This document shows positions 6,821 through 15,861 of a stretch of DNA of 22,457 nt, one piece after another. Where the stretch lies: NCBI GenBank assembly GCA_040756235.1, contig JBFLZG010000046.1, forward strand, positions 1 to 22,457, written 5' to 3'. The first letter of the stretch is position 1; every line of letters starts with the position of its first letter. The notes beneath the pieces are model-generated. The model was not told the DNA's origin. It was given only the letters and a program-made list of their open reading frames with translations, and did not search any database. Made by a program: the position numbers and the translations under genes. This DNA comes from a bacterium. Lineage in GTDB: Bacteria > Desulfobacterota > DSWW01.

Positions 6821-8968
6821 ATGCCAAACGTTCTGCTCATCACCTTGCCGTTTCTGAATCCCCGGGCGCGCTACTACCCGGCAGCCTATGTGGCCGGCAT
6901 CGTTCGACGCTCCGGCTGGGCTTGCCGCTACCTGGATCTCAATCTCCGAATGTACCTCCGGAGCGCCGAAGGCGTCCGGGACGCCTGGGACAAGAACGTG
7001 CTTGCGGCGACCTCCATCCGCCCCGGGCTGTTCGCCGCGCAGGAAGCCCTGAGGGAGGCGTTCCCCTTTGCCGAGGACCTCATCGCCGCCACGCTGCAAG
7101 CCGAGATCCGCAGCCACCGGCCGGATCTCCTGGGCGTGAGCCTCTACCAGACGTGCCGCGCGTTCGCTCACTCGTTCCTGGAAATTCTCGACGCCCACGA
7201 CATCCGGCTCCCGGTGCTGTTCGGCGGCGCGGACTGCTTCCCGGCTCATTACGCAGGCAAGTATTTCGACGAGGCCTGCGCGCCGGACCTGCTGCTGCAA
7301 GGGGAAGCCGAGCTGGCCTTGCCCGCCTTCCTTGCGGAGCTCGAGCAGACGGGCAGCGTGGCCACACGGATCCCCGGCTTCCTGTGGCGCGCCGAGGATG
7401 GACAGGTGGTGGACACCGGCCCGCCTGCAGTCCCCGACCTCCGCAGAGATCCCGTGATCGCGGATTTCTCCGTATACAGCGGAGAACCCGGGCACGCCGC
7501 TTCGGTCCACAACACGTTCACCAGCAAGGGCTGCATCAACCGGTGCGCGTTCTGCAACGAGTGGCTGAGCTTCACCCCCTGTCGCCGCCGTGAGGCCGAC
7601 GCCGTGGTTCGCGAGCTGCTCGAAGCCAAGAAGCACGACCCCGGTTGGCGCTCGCTCTGGCTGCTGGACTCCAATTTCAACACGACCGTCCGCCACGTGG
7701 AGGAATTCTGCACGGCCGTGATCCGCGCCGGACTAAATCTGCGGTGGCGCTCGATGGGCTGCTTCCGCGTGAAGCTGTCGGATGAAGCCCTCGACCTGAT
7801 GCGCCGGTCCGGGTGCATCGAGATGATGATGGGGCTGGAATCCGCCAGTCAGGCCGTGATCGACGGCATGGGCAAGAACTACGAGATCAACGAAGCACGG
7901 GACGCGATTCGGCGCCTCGTCGAGCACGGGATCCAGGTGAGAATGCCCATCATCAGCGGCTTCCCGGGCGAGTCTGCCAGGGACCTCCTCACGACGTGCG
8001 CATTCATCCTGGCGCACCAGGGGAACGAGCACGTGAGCTTCTCCTACTCGGGCACGTGCGGCATCTTTCAGCAGACCCATCTCAACAAGTACCCCGAGGA
8101 CTTCTGCATCCTGCCGGAGACAGCCGGGAGAATGCTCCAGTTCGAGCTCCTGGACGGCTTCAGCACGCCCTCGGCCCGCCGCCTGCGCTCCTGTCTCAAC
8201 CTTTTCGCCATCGGGGAAACCCGCAAGGCGAGCTCGTCCGACGCGCTCTCCAAGCTCCTGGAGACGGATTTCAACGACCCCTGCGTGGCCGAAGAGCTGG
8301 CCCAGCTCGTCAGCGTGCTCGGACACCTGACCGGCGGCGAAGACGAGGCCCTGCGCCTCCTGGCGGCCGAGCAGACCGAACGTCTCCCGATCCGAAAGAA
8401 CCGTGCGCATGCGGCCCGCAGCGCCTTCCTCTCCGGCCGACTCCCGGGGATCTCCCTGGAGCGGTGGCTGCTCGGCGACAAGAACGCTCCGGAGGTCAAG
8501 GACGCCATCGTGGACTTTCTGCTCTCGCGACTGGAGGCCCTTGCGCGTGAGCTTGCGGCGGCCGGAGAGGTCGATTTCCGGCAATTCCGCAAATCCCTCT
8601 ATCGGCTCGAGGTCCTGCGCGACCGGGATCCGTCCCCGGGGGACCTTCAGCTGGAAACCATGCGGCGGTCCGCCTTCGACCACGGACGGAGCCTGATCTT
8701 CACGGGAACAGCCTTGGACTCCCGGCGCGACGGCCCTGCCAGCATGGTTCTGGCATGGGCAGGGGACCATTTCATCGAGCTGCACTACGGCCTTCCGAGC
8801 CCTGCCGCCGCGGAAGGCCGACCGGGCAGGGGCTGCGAGTTCGCAGGCTTCTGGGGAAAGATCCAGGAGCGCTACCTCCGGGAGCACCCGCTGGAGCTCC
8901 AGCTCATCTACCGCGACGCTACGACCAGCCGAACGCCCATCGGTGTGGACCTGCCGCCGAGGCATTGA
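6821..8968 (+). CDS. B12-binding-domain radical SAM protein with a long C-terminal extension
   Basis: CxxxCxxC motif (SKGCINRCAFC), N-terminal cobalamin-binding-like domain (PDLLGVS...FGG, QGEAE), GLESAS and GFPGE motifs. Confidence 0.9.
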   Translation: MPNVLLITLPFLNPRARYYPAAYVAGIVRRSGWACRYLDLNLRMYLRSAEGVRDAWDKNVLAATSIRPGLFAAQEALREAFPFAEDLIAATLQAEIRSHRPDLLGVSLYQTCRAFAHSFLEILDAHDIRLPVLFGGADCFPAHYAGKYFDEACAPDLLLQGEAELALPAFLAELEQTGSVATRIPGFLWRAEDGQVVDTGPPAVPDLRRDPVIADFSVYSGEPGHAASVHNTFTSKGCINRCAFCNEWLSFTPCRRREADAVVRELLEAKKHDPGWRSLWLLDSNFNTTVRHVEEFCTAVIRAGLNLRWRSMGCFRVKLSDEALDLMRRSGCIEMMMGLESASQAVIDGMGKNYEINEARDAIRRLVEHGIQVRMPIISGFPGESARDLLTTCAFILAHQGNEHVSFSYSGTCGIFQQTHLNKYPEDFCILPETAGRMLQFELLDGFSTPSARRLRSCLNLFAIGETRKASSSDALSKLLETDFNDPCVAEELAQLVSVLGHLTGGEDEALRLLAAEQTERLPIRKNRAHAARSAFLSGRLPGISLERWLLGDKNAPEVKDAIVDFLLSRLEALARELAAAGEVDFRQFRKSLYRLEVLRDRDPSPGDLQLETMRRSAFDHGRSLIFTGTALDSRRDGPASMVLAWAGDHFIELHYGLPSPAAAEGRPGRGCEFAGFWGKIQERYLREHPLELQLIYRDATTSRTPIGVDLPPRH

Positions 8969-9183
8969 CCCCTCCCACGCCGCGACGATCGAGGGCGGTG
9001 CACCCGCCGCACTCCCAGCTCTGACCGGCAGTCCACTGAGGCTCGGCCGAAAATCCTCCCACCCCTGAAACCGGTTGCCCGGGCCAGCGATTTTCGAGTA
9101 TTGTGAGGAACGTTCCGTTCGCATTGGTGTTACTGCCCCGATGGACCTCTCAACCCCGATTCCTCACAAAAGGAGATCGCATC

Positions 9184-10416
9184 ATGGCCGGCAGACTCGC
9201 GATCACGGATCCCGGCAATCCGTATTTCGTCGACTGCAGGGAGCGGATCCGGCGGGTCCAGACGGAGATGCACAAGCAGGACATCGCCGTCTACCTCGGC
9301 TCGCGGCCGCGCACGCTGAGCTGGATCCTGGACGCCTTCATGCCGTGGCGGAGCTACGTCGCCATTCCGGACGAGGGCCTGCCCACCCTCTTCACGTTCT
9401 TCATCGATTGCGCGCGCATCGGCAGCGAGACCTGGCTCGAAGCCGACCGCATCTCCGGCTACTACGGCGCGCCCGGGATGGAGCCGATCGCGAATATCGC
9501 TGCGTTCATCAAGGAACGACTGAAGGGAGGGCGGAAGCGCATCGGCTTCGAGGACGGGATCTCGGTCTACACGCCCGAAGGGTACCTCACACGATACGAG
9601 TTCGAGTCTCTCGAGCACCGCCTCCCGGAGGCCGAGCTCGCGGACGCCCATGAAATCATCGACCGGCTGTCCCTGGTAAAGGACCCGGGGACGATCAACC
9701 GCTTCCGGGAGGCCGGCCGCATCTGCGATGTCGGCCACGAGGCCGTCTATGAGGCAATCCGCAACGGCGGGTACAAGAAGCGGACCGAGACCGAGATCGG
9801 CGGCATCGCCGCGCTTGCCATGCGCCGGGCCGGCAGCGTTTCCGAATGGAACTACGCCGGGCTGAACGAGATCTCGACCGGCTGGCGCACCGGCCTGGGC
9901 GCCTGCACCCCCCCGACGGACAAGCCGCTCGCGGCCGGCGAGGCGTGCATGTTCGACCTGCATTCGATGTTCCGGCTGGGCCTGGGGGACCACTCGCACA
10001 ACTACCTGCTCGCGCCGGCCACGCGGCGGCAGCGGTGGCACGCCGACAACTTCGTGGCGCTCATCGAGCTTCTCCTGAAAAGCTACCGGGCCGGCAAGAC
10101 CCCGGCGGGCCTTCTCGGCGAGATCCAGGAACTGGCCCGAGAGCGCGGCTGCTTCGACTTCGTGCTGCCGGCCGTGGAGCACGGGATCGGGCTCTGGGGG
10201 GATGAATGGAAGGTGGGGGCAGAGACCGGGCAGGCCATTCCCTACTGGACCGACCCCGGGCACGTCTACGGGGAGAACGAGATGGTCATTGCTGCCATGC
10301 AGTACGTCTGCCCGCAGGATGACATCGGTTTCCGGTACGAGAATCCCATCGTGATCGGCAAGGACGGTTGCGAGGTGATGTCCAGGTTTCCGCTGGCGAT
10401 CGAAGAGATCTCCTGA
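9184..10416 (+). CDS. M24 (Xaa-Pro aminopeptidase/creatinase-fold) family hydrolase, divergent
   Basis: Creatinase-N-like N-terminus, then LVKDPGTI, TETEI, HGIG and RYENP motifs. ATG at 9184 preceded by AAGGAG. Confidence 0.85.
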   Translation: MAGRLAITDPGNPYFVDCRERIRRVQTEMHKQDIAVYLGSRPRTLSWILDAFMPWRSYVAIPDEGLPTLFTFFIDCARIGSETWLEADRISGYYGAPGMEPIANIAAFIKERLKGGRKRIGFEDGISVYTPEGYLTRYEFESLEHRLPEAELADAHEIIDRLSLVKDPGTINRFREAGRICDVGHEAVYEAIRNGGYKKRTETEIGGIAALAMRRAGSVSEWNYAGLNEISTGWRTGLGACTPPTDKPLAAGEACMFDLHSMFRLGLGDHSHNYLLAPATRRQRWHADNFVALIELLLKSYRAGKTPAGLLGEIQELARERGCFDFVLPAVEHGIGLWGDEWKVGAETGQAIPYWTDPGHVYGENEMVIAAMQYVCPQDDIGFRYENPIVIGKDGCEVMSRFPLAIEEIS

Positions 10417-10470
10417 TCCAGGGGCCGCAGGCGCCCTGGCAAACCCAGCAGAGGGGGAGGACCACAGCCG

Positions 10471-11517
10471 ATGAGCAGACTCCGGCAGAGACCGAGATTC
10501 GCCGCCACCATGATGGGCATGGTGCCTTATCAGGACGTGAAGAGGACCGTGGAGGTCATGCTCGAATGCTTCCCGGAAGCGCTGCGACTGCCCCAGGTGA
10601 CCCGCAGCTTTTCGTGGATCTCGGAAGGAATGCCCTGCCTCCAGGCCGACTGGGCCAAGAACGAATTCTCGATGGTCCCCCCGGAGGAAAGAGAGCAGGA
10701 GGTGATCGAATTCTACGACAGGGTCGACCGGGACGACCTGGACTATTTTGCCACGACTCCGGCCACGGCGCCCTTCTACTATGAAGCCCTCGCAGCGATC
10801 CGCAAGGCCCGTCCCGCGGAGCTGAAGTGGATCCTCTTCCAGCTCCCGGGGCCGATCGTGCTCGGCGACTCGATCAAACAGAGGAGCGGCAATCCTGCCT
10901 TTCATCACGAAACCCTGCGCGACATCCTCGTCAAGACCGTGAGCATGAAGTCCAGGTGGATGGAGAGATGGATCCGCAAAGAGATGCCGGAGGTCCAGGT
11001 CATCTGCGACCAGCCCGAGCCGACGCTCGTGTTGTTCACTTCGGCCGGCGGGAGCGGATCCCGGGAGGGGGTTCTCGATGCGATCGGCAGCGGATTCGCA
11101 GGAGTGACGAGCCCTCGCTGGGTCCACTGCTGCGCGAACATCGACTGGTCGCTGCTGACCGGTTCCGACGTCGACGTGATCAACTTCGACGCCTACTTGC
11201 ACGGTGACAAGGTCCCGCTCTACTCGAAGGAGCTCAACGGATTCCTGGAGCGGGGCGGCACCCTCGCCTGGGGCATCGTTCCGGTGACGGCAGACCTGCT
11301 GGCGGGCGAGACGGTACAGAGCCTGGTCGACAAGCTGGAGAAGGGAATCGATCTCTTCGTGAAGGGCGGGATCGATGAAGAGCGGCTGGCGGCTTCTTCC
11401 TGGGTGCTGCCGAGCTGTGAGACCGTGCTGCTCACCCCGGATCAGTCCGACCGCGTCTTTGCCATGACCCGTGAGATCTCCGAAATCATGAAGCGGAAGT
11501 ACGGATTCGCGAGCTGA
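10471..11517 (+). CDS. Cobalamin-independent methionine synthase catalytic-domain ('core' MetE, MesB-like) protein
   Basis: About 350 aa, with GP, DQP (canonically DEP), VHCC (HxC Zn ligands), INFD, LAWGIVP and PSC motifs. RBS GGAGGA. Confidence 0.78.
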   Translation: MSRLRQRPRFAATMMGMVPYQDVKRTVEVMLECFPEALRLPQVTRSFSWISEGMPCLQADWAKNEFSMVPPEEREQEVIEFYDRVDRDDLDYFATTPATAPFYYEALAAIRKARPAELKWILFQLPGPIVLGDSIKQRSGNPAFHHETLRDILVKTVSMKSRWMERWIRKEMPEVQVICDQPEPTLVLFTSAGGSGSREGVLDAIGSGFAGVTSPRWVHCCANIDWSLLTGSDVDVINFDAYLHGDKVPLYSKELNGFLERGGTLAWGIVPVTADLLAGETVQSLVDKLEKGIDLFVKGGIDEERLAASSWVLPSCETVLLTPDQSDRVFAMTREISEIMKRKYGFAS

Positions 11518-11533
11518 CCGAACGAGGGACTCC

Positions 11534-12751
11534 ATGCCGGACCTGACGACCGAATTCGCCGGACTCCGATTCAAGAACCCGATCTCCGCAGCAGCGGGCC
11601 CCATCACCTCGACCGACTACACCGTCCGGCAGTGCATCGAAACCGGAGCCGGCTCGGTGGTGGTCAAGAGCGTGGGGCTGGATGCAGAAACACAGCTCCT
11701 GCCCCGCCCGGGAAACTGGTTCCTGGACCGGCAGGGCGAGCGCGGCGGTCTGATGCATTTCTACGCCGGCCTGCTGCCCCTGGACCGGGCGGTCGAGATC
11801 GTCCGGGAGGTCAAGCCGCTGGCCGAGCGGGAGGACGCGCGGCTCATCGGAAGCTTTTTTTTCATCGGCCGCTGGACCGGCATCCCGCCCTTCGAGCCCG
11901 TTTCACCACCGGCCCTGCTCGGGCTGCGCAGGATGGCGCAGGAGCTGGAGGCGGCCGGCGCCGAGGCGATCGAGGTCGTCTGCAACTGCGGGCTGTGCCT
12001 GAGCGCAAGCGATACGATCGGTTTTCAGGAGCGGGCGATCCCGCTGGTGTTCGAGGCCCTCAAAGGTCATCTGCGGGTGCCCTTCTGGATCAAGCTGGGC
12101 TACAGCCACCCCGTATTCTGGCTCCGCGACATCAGAGCCATGAAGGACTGGGGGGCGACTGCGGTTCATGCGTACAGCGATTTTCGCGTGACTTTCCTGG
12201 ACATCGAAACCGCAAGGCCGCCGGTCGCCCTGCCCTTCGGGTACGGCCGCTGGCTCAGGGGGCTCGCCTGCCATGCCGCCTATCTGTCCGCCCACGGCAC
12301 AGGGCTCCAGGTGATGAGCGGCGGCGGCATCCACAACTGGAGAGACGCCGTGGAGCGGATGATGTGCGGCGCCTCGATCGCCGCCCTGGAGAGCGCGGTG
12401 CAGCACCGCGGATACGGCGTCTTCCGAGAGATCCTCGAGGGGATGACCCGCTTCATGGAACGGAAAGGCTACGAACGCTCCTCCGACTTGGTGGGGCTGG
12501 CGGCGCCGCACATCGACAACCCGGAAGAGTTCATGACCCAGTTCCTGGCGAAGACGGTCCCTCCCGAGTCCCTACGAACCCTCGTGGACGTCGACAAATG
12601 CAACGGCTGCGGCTTGTGCAGCTCGTGCATCTACGGAGCAATCGTCATGGAGGACAAGCGGCCCCGAATCGATCTGGGGGCTTGCGCGCGCTGCGGCGCC
12701 TGCATCACCCTGTGTCCCAAAGAGGCGCTCGCCATCGTGGCCGCTGGTTGA
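11534..12751 (+). CDS. Dihydroorotate/dihydropyrimidine dehydrogenase (PreA-like) FMN protein with a C-terminal 2x[4Fe-4S] domain
   Basis: FAGLRFKNPISAAAGP, VVKS, IKL and SGGGI motifs. C-terminal CNGCGLCSSC and CARCGACITLCP. Confidence 0.85.
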   Translation: MPDLTTEFAGLRFKNPISAAAGPITSTDYTVRQCIETGAGSVVVKSVGLDAETQLLPRPGNWFLDRQGERGGLMHFYAGLLPLDRAVEIVREVKPLAEREDARLIGSFFFIGRWTGIPPFEPVSPPALLGLRRMAQELEAAGAEAIEVVCNCGLCLSASDTIGFQERAIPLVFEALKGHLRVPFWIKLGYSHPVFWLRDIRAMKDWGATAVHAYSDFRVTFLDIETARPPVALPFGYGRWLRGLACHAAYLSAHGTGLQVMSGGGIHNWRDAVERMMCGASIAALESAVQHRGYGVFREILEGMTRFMERKGYERSSDLVGLAAPHIDNPEEFMTQFLAKTVPPESLRTLVDVDKCNGCGLCSSCIYGAIVMEDKRPRIDLGACARCGACITLCPKEALAIVAAG

Positions 12752-12833
12752 AGGTGCAGGGTCCCCCGCCAAGCCTGACTTCCCCTCTTTTCATACTCTG
12801 TGACGCAGAGATATCCGTAACGGACTCGGGAGC

Positions 12834-13640
12834 TCACTTGCGATAGATCAGGCTCACCGCCGGATCGTCGGCGACCAGCCTGAGGCCCACATCGAGAGAG
12901 TCGCTCACGTTGCCCACGACCCCGACCTGGTCCAATTTGGAGTACAGAACGATATCGGCGCCGAGCGGGAGCTCGAACGAAGGCGAGACCGCCTGTATCA
13001 GGCTGGGAGGCGTGCCGCCATCCCAGCGGGAGCTCCAGTGCTGCTCGGCGGCACCCAGGGGCAAGAGGCCCAGACCGGTATCGTAGCTGGTCCGCTCGAT
13101 GAGAAGCTGGGGCTCCACGATGGAGACGCCCGCGGGCAGCACCGCAGCCCTCAGCTCGACGTAGAAGTTCCCGTCGTTGTATCCGGGACTGAACCCATCC
13201 GGAGCCAGAATGCCGAACTCCCCTAAGATCTCCAGGTGGCAGGGCACCGTCCCCGACTCGGCGACAATTCCCTCGGCCCGGACATCCAGGGTGGTCGTCC
13301 CGGCCGGCACCGGTACATCCAGGTGCATGAGGAAGGGGTACTCTTCGTCGTCCATCCGGGTTTCGACCAGCGTTGCTGCTCCAAGCTGGGCCGTGATCCG
13401 CGCCATGTCACTCTCGTCCTCGGTCTGGATGCGCAGCACGGTCCCGGCCGGCAGTTCGATCGTGATGTCCGGGCCGAGATCGGCCGCATCGTGCCAGCGC
13501 CAGCCGCTCGGATCCGCCGGGTCCGGCACGAGCAGCCCCAGCCGCGGAGACGCAGACTCGGCCGGGTTTTGCCGGGTGGCGAAAACCTCGAAAAGAAACG
13601 GCTCGAGTCCTCCCTCTTGGGAGGAGGGCCAGTCCTGCAC
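12834..13640 (-). CDS. Hypothetical protein, possibly a 5'-truncated gene remnant
   Basis: Acidic, beta-rich protein-like ORF with coding-like GC3. The frame stays open upstream of the GTG to a TGA at 13749-13751, and no clear RBS precedes the GTG. Confidence 0.5.
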   Translation of the reverse strand: MQDWPSSQEGGLEPFLFEVFATRQNPAESASPRLGLLVPDPADPSGWRWHDAADLGPDITIELPAGTVLRIQTEDESDMARITAQLGAATLVETRMDDEEYPFLMHLDVPVPAGTTTLDVRAEGIVAESGTVPCHLEILGEFGILAPDGFSPGYNDGNFYVELRAAVLPAGVSIVEPQLLIERTSYDTGLGLLPLGAAEQHWSSRWDGGTPPSLIQAVSPSFELPLGADIVLYSKLDQVGVVGNVSDSLDVGLRLVADDPAVSLIYRK

Positions 13641-13813
13641 GTACTGCTCGACAAGGGGGGCGTCATCGAACAGGCCGAAGTGCCATCGGACTGTTACAAT
13701 TTCCTTATAGGACGAGGAACCGCCTCGGCCCTCTTCTGCATCCCATACTCAGAGCATTCCCGCATGCCCTGCCTGCGAAAGACTCACTTCCATCCCACAT
13801 GGAGGCGCCCGAC

Positions 13814-15340
13814 ATGAAAACCACAAGACGAACGTTGAGAAATGGCATTCTGTTTTCCATGTGCATGCTTGCTCTCTCTCCTTTGGCGTCCAGGGCCGGC
13901 GGCCACGGAGATGCCCCTCTTGTCAAACAGGATCCGCAGGTCGACATCACAGGCGTCTATGCCTTTGTCGGCACGAGATACGACGATCCCGCTCGGAAGG
14001 TGCTGACCGTCATCGCAAGCGTGCGGCCTCTTTCGGAGCCGGGCGACGGCGTCGTCTACGAGCGGTTCGCAGATGATGCGCTGTACAGCATCCACATCGC
14101 ACATCCGATCTCGGGTCATACGCTCATGCGCTACGATTTCGCATTTTCGGATGCGAATCCGCTCTCCCCCCCGGGGCTGAAGAATCCAAACACGGCTCTA
14201 TCCTATGGTGTCGGAACGGAGATCGGACCGATCCTGGCGGTCGGCGACGCGAGGCAAAACTACACCCAGACCTACACGGTGACGCGAGTCGCTCAAAAGA
14301 CGTCCACCGTCATCGGCAGCGATCTGTTGACTCCCCCGCCCAACGTGGGGTTGCGAACGACGCCGCTCTACAATGACCCGGCGAGCGGCCAAGCTGTCTC
14401 CGGAGCCGTCGCCTTCACCGATTTGGACACGTATACCAGGACCACGGTCCATTCGCTTCCCGATGGGGAGGCGGTCTTTGCCGGGAGCCGTGAGGACGGT
14501 TTTTTCGCAGACATGCCGGGGATCTCTGACTTGCTGGACCCGCGAATCATCGACAACAACGGGAACACCGGAGACGGGTTCGGGCAGGACGGCAACGGCG
14601 TGGACGGATTCAAGGGATACAACGTTCTCGTCTATGCGATACAGATTCCGGTCGATTCATTGCCGAGCAAACCATACACCGCGGTCTTTGCCGATCTTGC
14701 AACCCCGCTCCCGGCAACAGGTCTTGCGACCGGCGTAGGCGTCTATGCGTCCGTCAGCCGCCCCCGCGCCACCGTCCGTCCGCGAGGAGAAGACCCGGTC
14801 AGCTTTGGCTCCTGGATCACGGTCAGCCGGATGGGAAACCCCCTCTTCAATGAGCTCCTCGTTCCCCTGAGCGGCAAGGACGATTACAACCGCAGCTCGC
14901 CCCGGGACGACTCCGCTCTTGCTGTCTACGCGGAAAACCCCGAAATCGCTGCCCTGATCAACCTGCTCCTGGGTACAGACTTCGTAACGGCGGGACGCAC
15001 GGATCTGGCGGCCCTCTACATCCCCGATTTGATCCGAGTCGACACGACCACACCTCCGGTAAGACTCGCAGGACAGATCGGCTTCAGCCGCCTGGGCTTC
15101 CTGGGCGGGGATACGGCCACCGACGGCGCCGGGCGGGTCAAGTCCAGCGGCTGGCCCAACGGACGGAGACTGGGGGACGATGTGGTGGATATCGCGCTGA
15201 CCGCCCTGGCCAGCGGGCCCGCATATTCCTCCGTTACGCTGTTCGGGGACAATGTTGCGGCAAACGACCAGGTCTTTCACCAGGTCTTCCCGTATGCCGC
15301 CACGCCTCACGCGGGGCCAGTGAACAGGAAAGATCCCTGA
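13814..15340 (+). CDS. DUF4331 family secreted protein
   Basis: Signal peptide, then GGHGDAP...DITGVYAF, GSREDGFFAD, SRMGNPLFNE and GWPNGRRLGDDVVDI. GGAGG RBS at 13801. Confidence 0.88.
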   Translation: MKTTRRTLRNGILFSMCMLALSPLASRAGGHGDAPLVKQDPQVDITGVYAFVGTRYDDPARKVLTVIASVRPLSEPGDGVVYERFADDALYSIHIAHPISGHTLMRYDFAFSDANPLSPPGLKNPNTALSYGVGTEIGPILAVGDARQNYTQTYTVTRVAQKTSTVIGSDLLTPPPNVGLRTTPLYNDPASGQAVSGAVAFTDLDTYTRTTVHSLPDGEAVFAGSREDGFFADMPGISDLLDPRIIDNNGNTGDGFGQDGNGVDGFKGYNVLVYAIQIPVDSLPSKPYTAVFADLATPLPATGLATGVGVYASVSRPRATVRPRGEDPVSFGSWITVSRMGNPLFNELLVPLSGKDDYNRSSPRDDSALAVYAENPEIAALINLLLGTDFVTAGRTDLAALYIPDLIRVDTTTPPVRLAGQIGFSRLGFLGGDTATDGAGRVKSSGWPNGRRLGDDVVDIALTALASGPAYSSVTLFGDNVAANDQVFHQVFPYAATPHAGPVNRKDP

Positions 15341-15411
15341 CCGGAGCGAGAAACGGCGCGCGGAGGGGGCGGCTGGACCCGGTCGGCCATCCGCCTGAGA
15401 AGCACGGAGGC

Positions 15412-15861
15412 TCAGGACCTGAATGCCAGCCGCCCTTCCTGAAACACCATGAGCGGCGTGAAGGCGTTCTCCGCGGTCTCCAGAGGGTTCTTCTCGAACA
15501 CGACGAGATCCGCGGTCTTGCCCTTTTCGATCGTGCCGATCCGGTCCTCCAGGCCCAGCAGCCGGGCGTTGTTCAGGCCCGGCGTGACATAGGCGCCACC
15601 CAGGTCCAACACCGATTCGGCATGGGCCTCCGCCCCATCCCCGGCGAAAAGGTCGGCGATCTTGCCTTCCCGGATCAGGAGTCGGTCTTCCTCGCGAATT
15701 TCCCCGGTCCTGACGTCCAGTAGAGAGGCGCTCCTGAGGAGCAGGGTCCCCGTGCTCGCCTGGCGGCGTCCCCCGTCGTCCCCTCCGCACCTCGTGAGGA
15801 GGGGCAGGGCGGAGGCGGCGGCCAGACAGGCCGAGCTTTTCAAGAAATCGCGCCTTTTCAT
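15412..15861 (-). pseudogene. Tat-exported amidohydrolase with an in-frame deletion of the catalytic TIM barrel (149 aa)
   Basis: MKRRDFLK twin-arginine signal. The N-terminal beta-sandwich segment ending DLGGAYVTPGL joins directly to the C-terminal NNARLLGLEDRIGTIEKGKTADLVV segment. No HxH motif. The ORF is intact and has a GGAGG RBS. Confidence 0.75.

Noticed and set aside
9030..9125. SAH-riboswitch-like words (AGGCTCGG, GAGGAACGTT)
   Set aside because: The elements are in the wrong order and match the consensus poorly.
9130..11607. 825-aa ORF on the minus strand
   Set aside because: Antisense shadow of the M24 and MetE-like genes. It has no motifs, and such ORFs are expected in high-GC DNA.
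12779..12832. Short hairpins (CTCTG/CAGAG, TCCGT/ACGGA) as an intrinsic terminator
   Set aside because: Stems are only about 5 bp, with no properly placed U-tract.
13749..13751. In-frame TGA as selenocysteine readthrough
   Set aside because: No redox-motif context and no evident SECIS hairpin.
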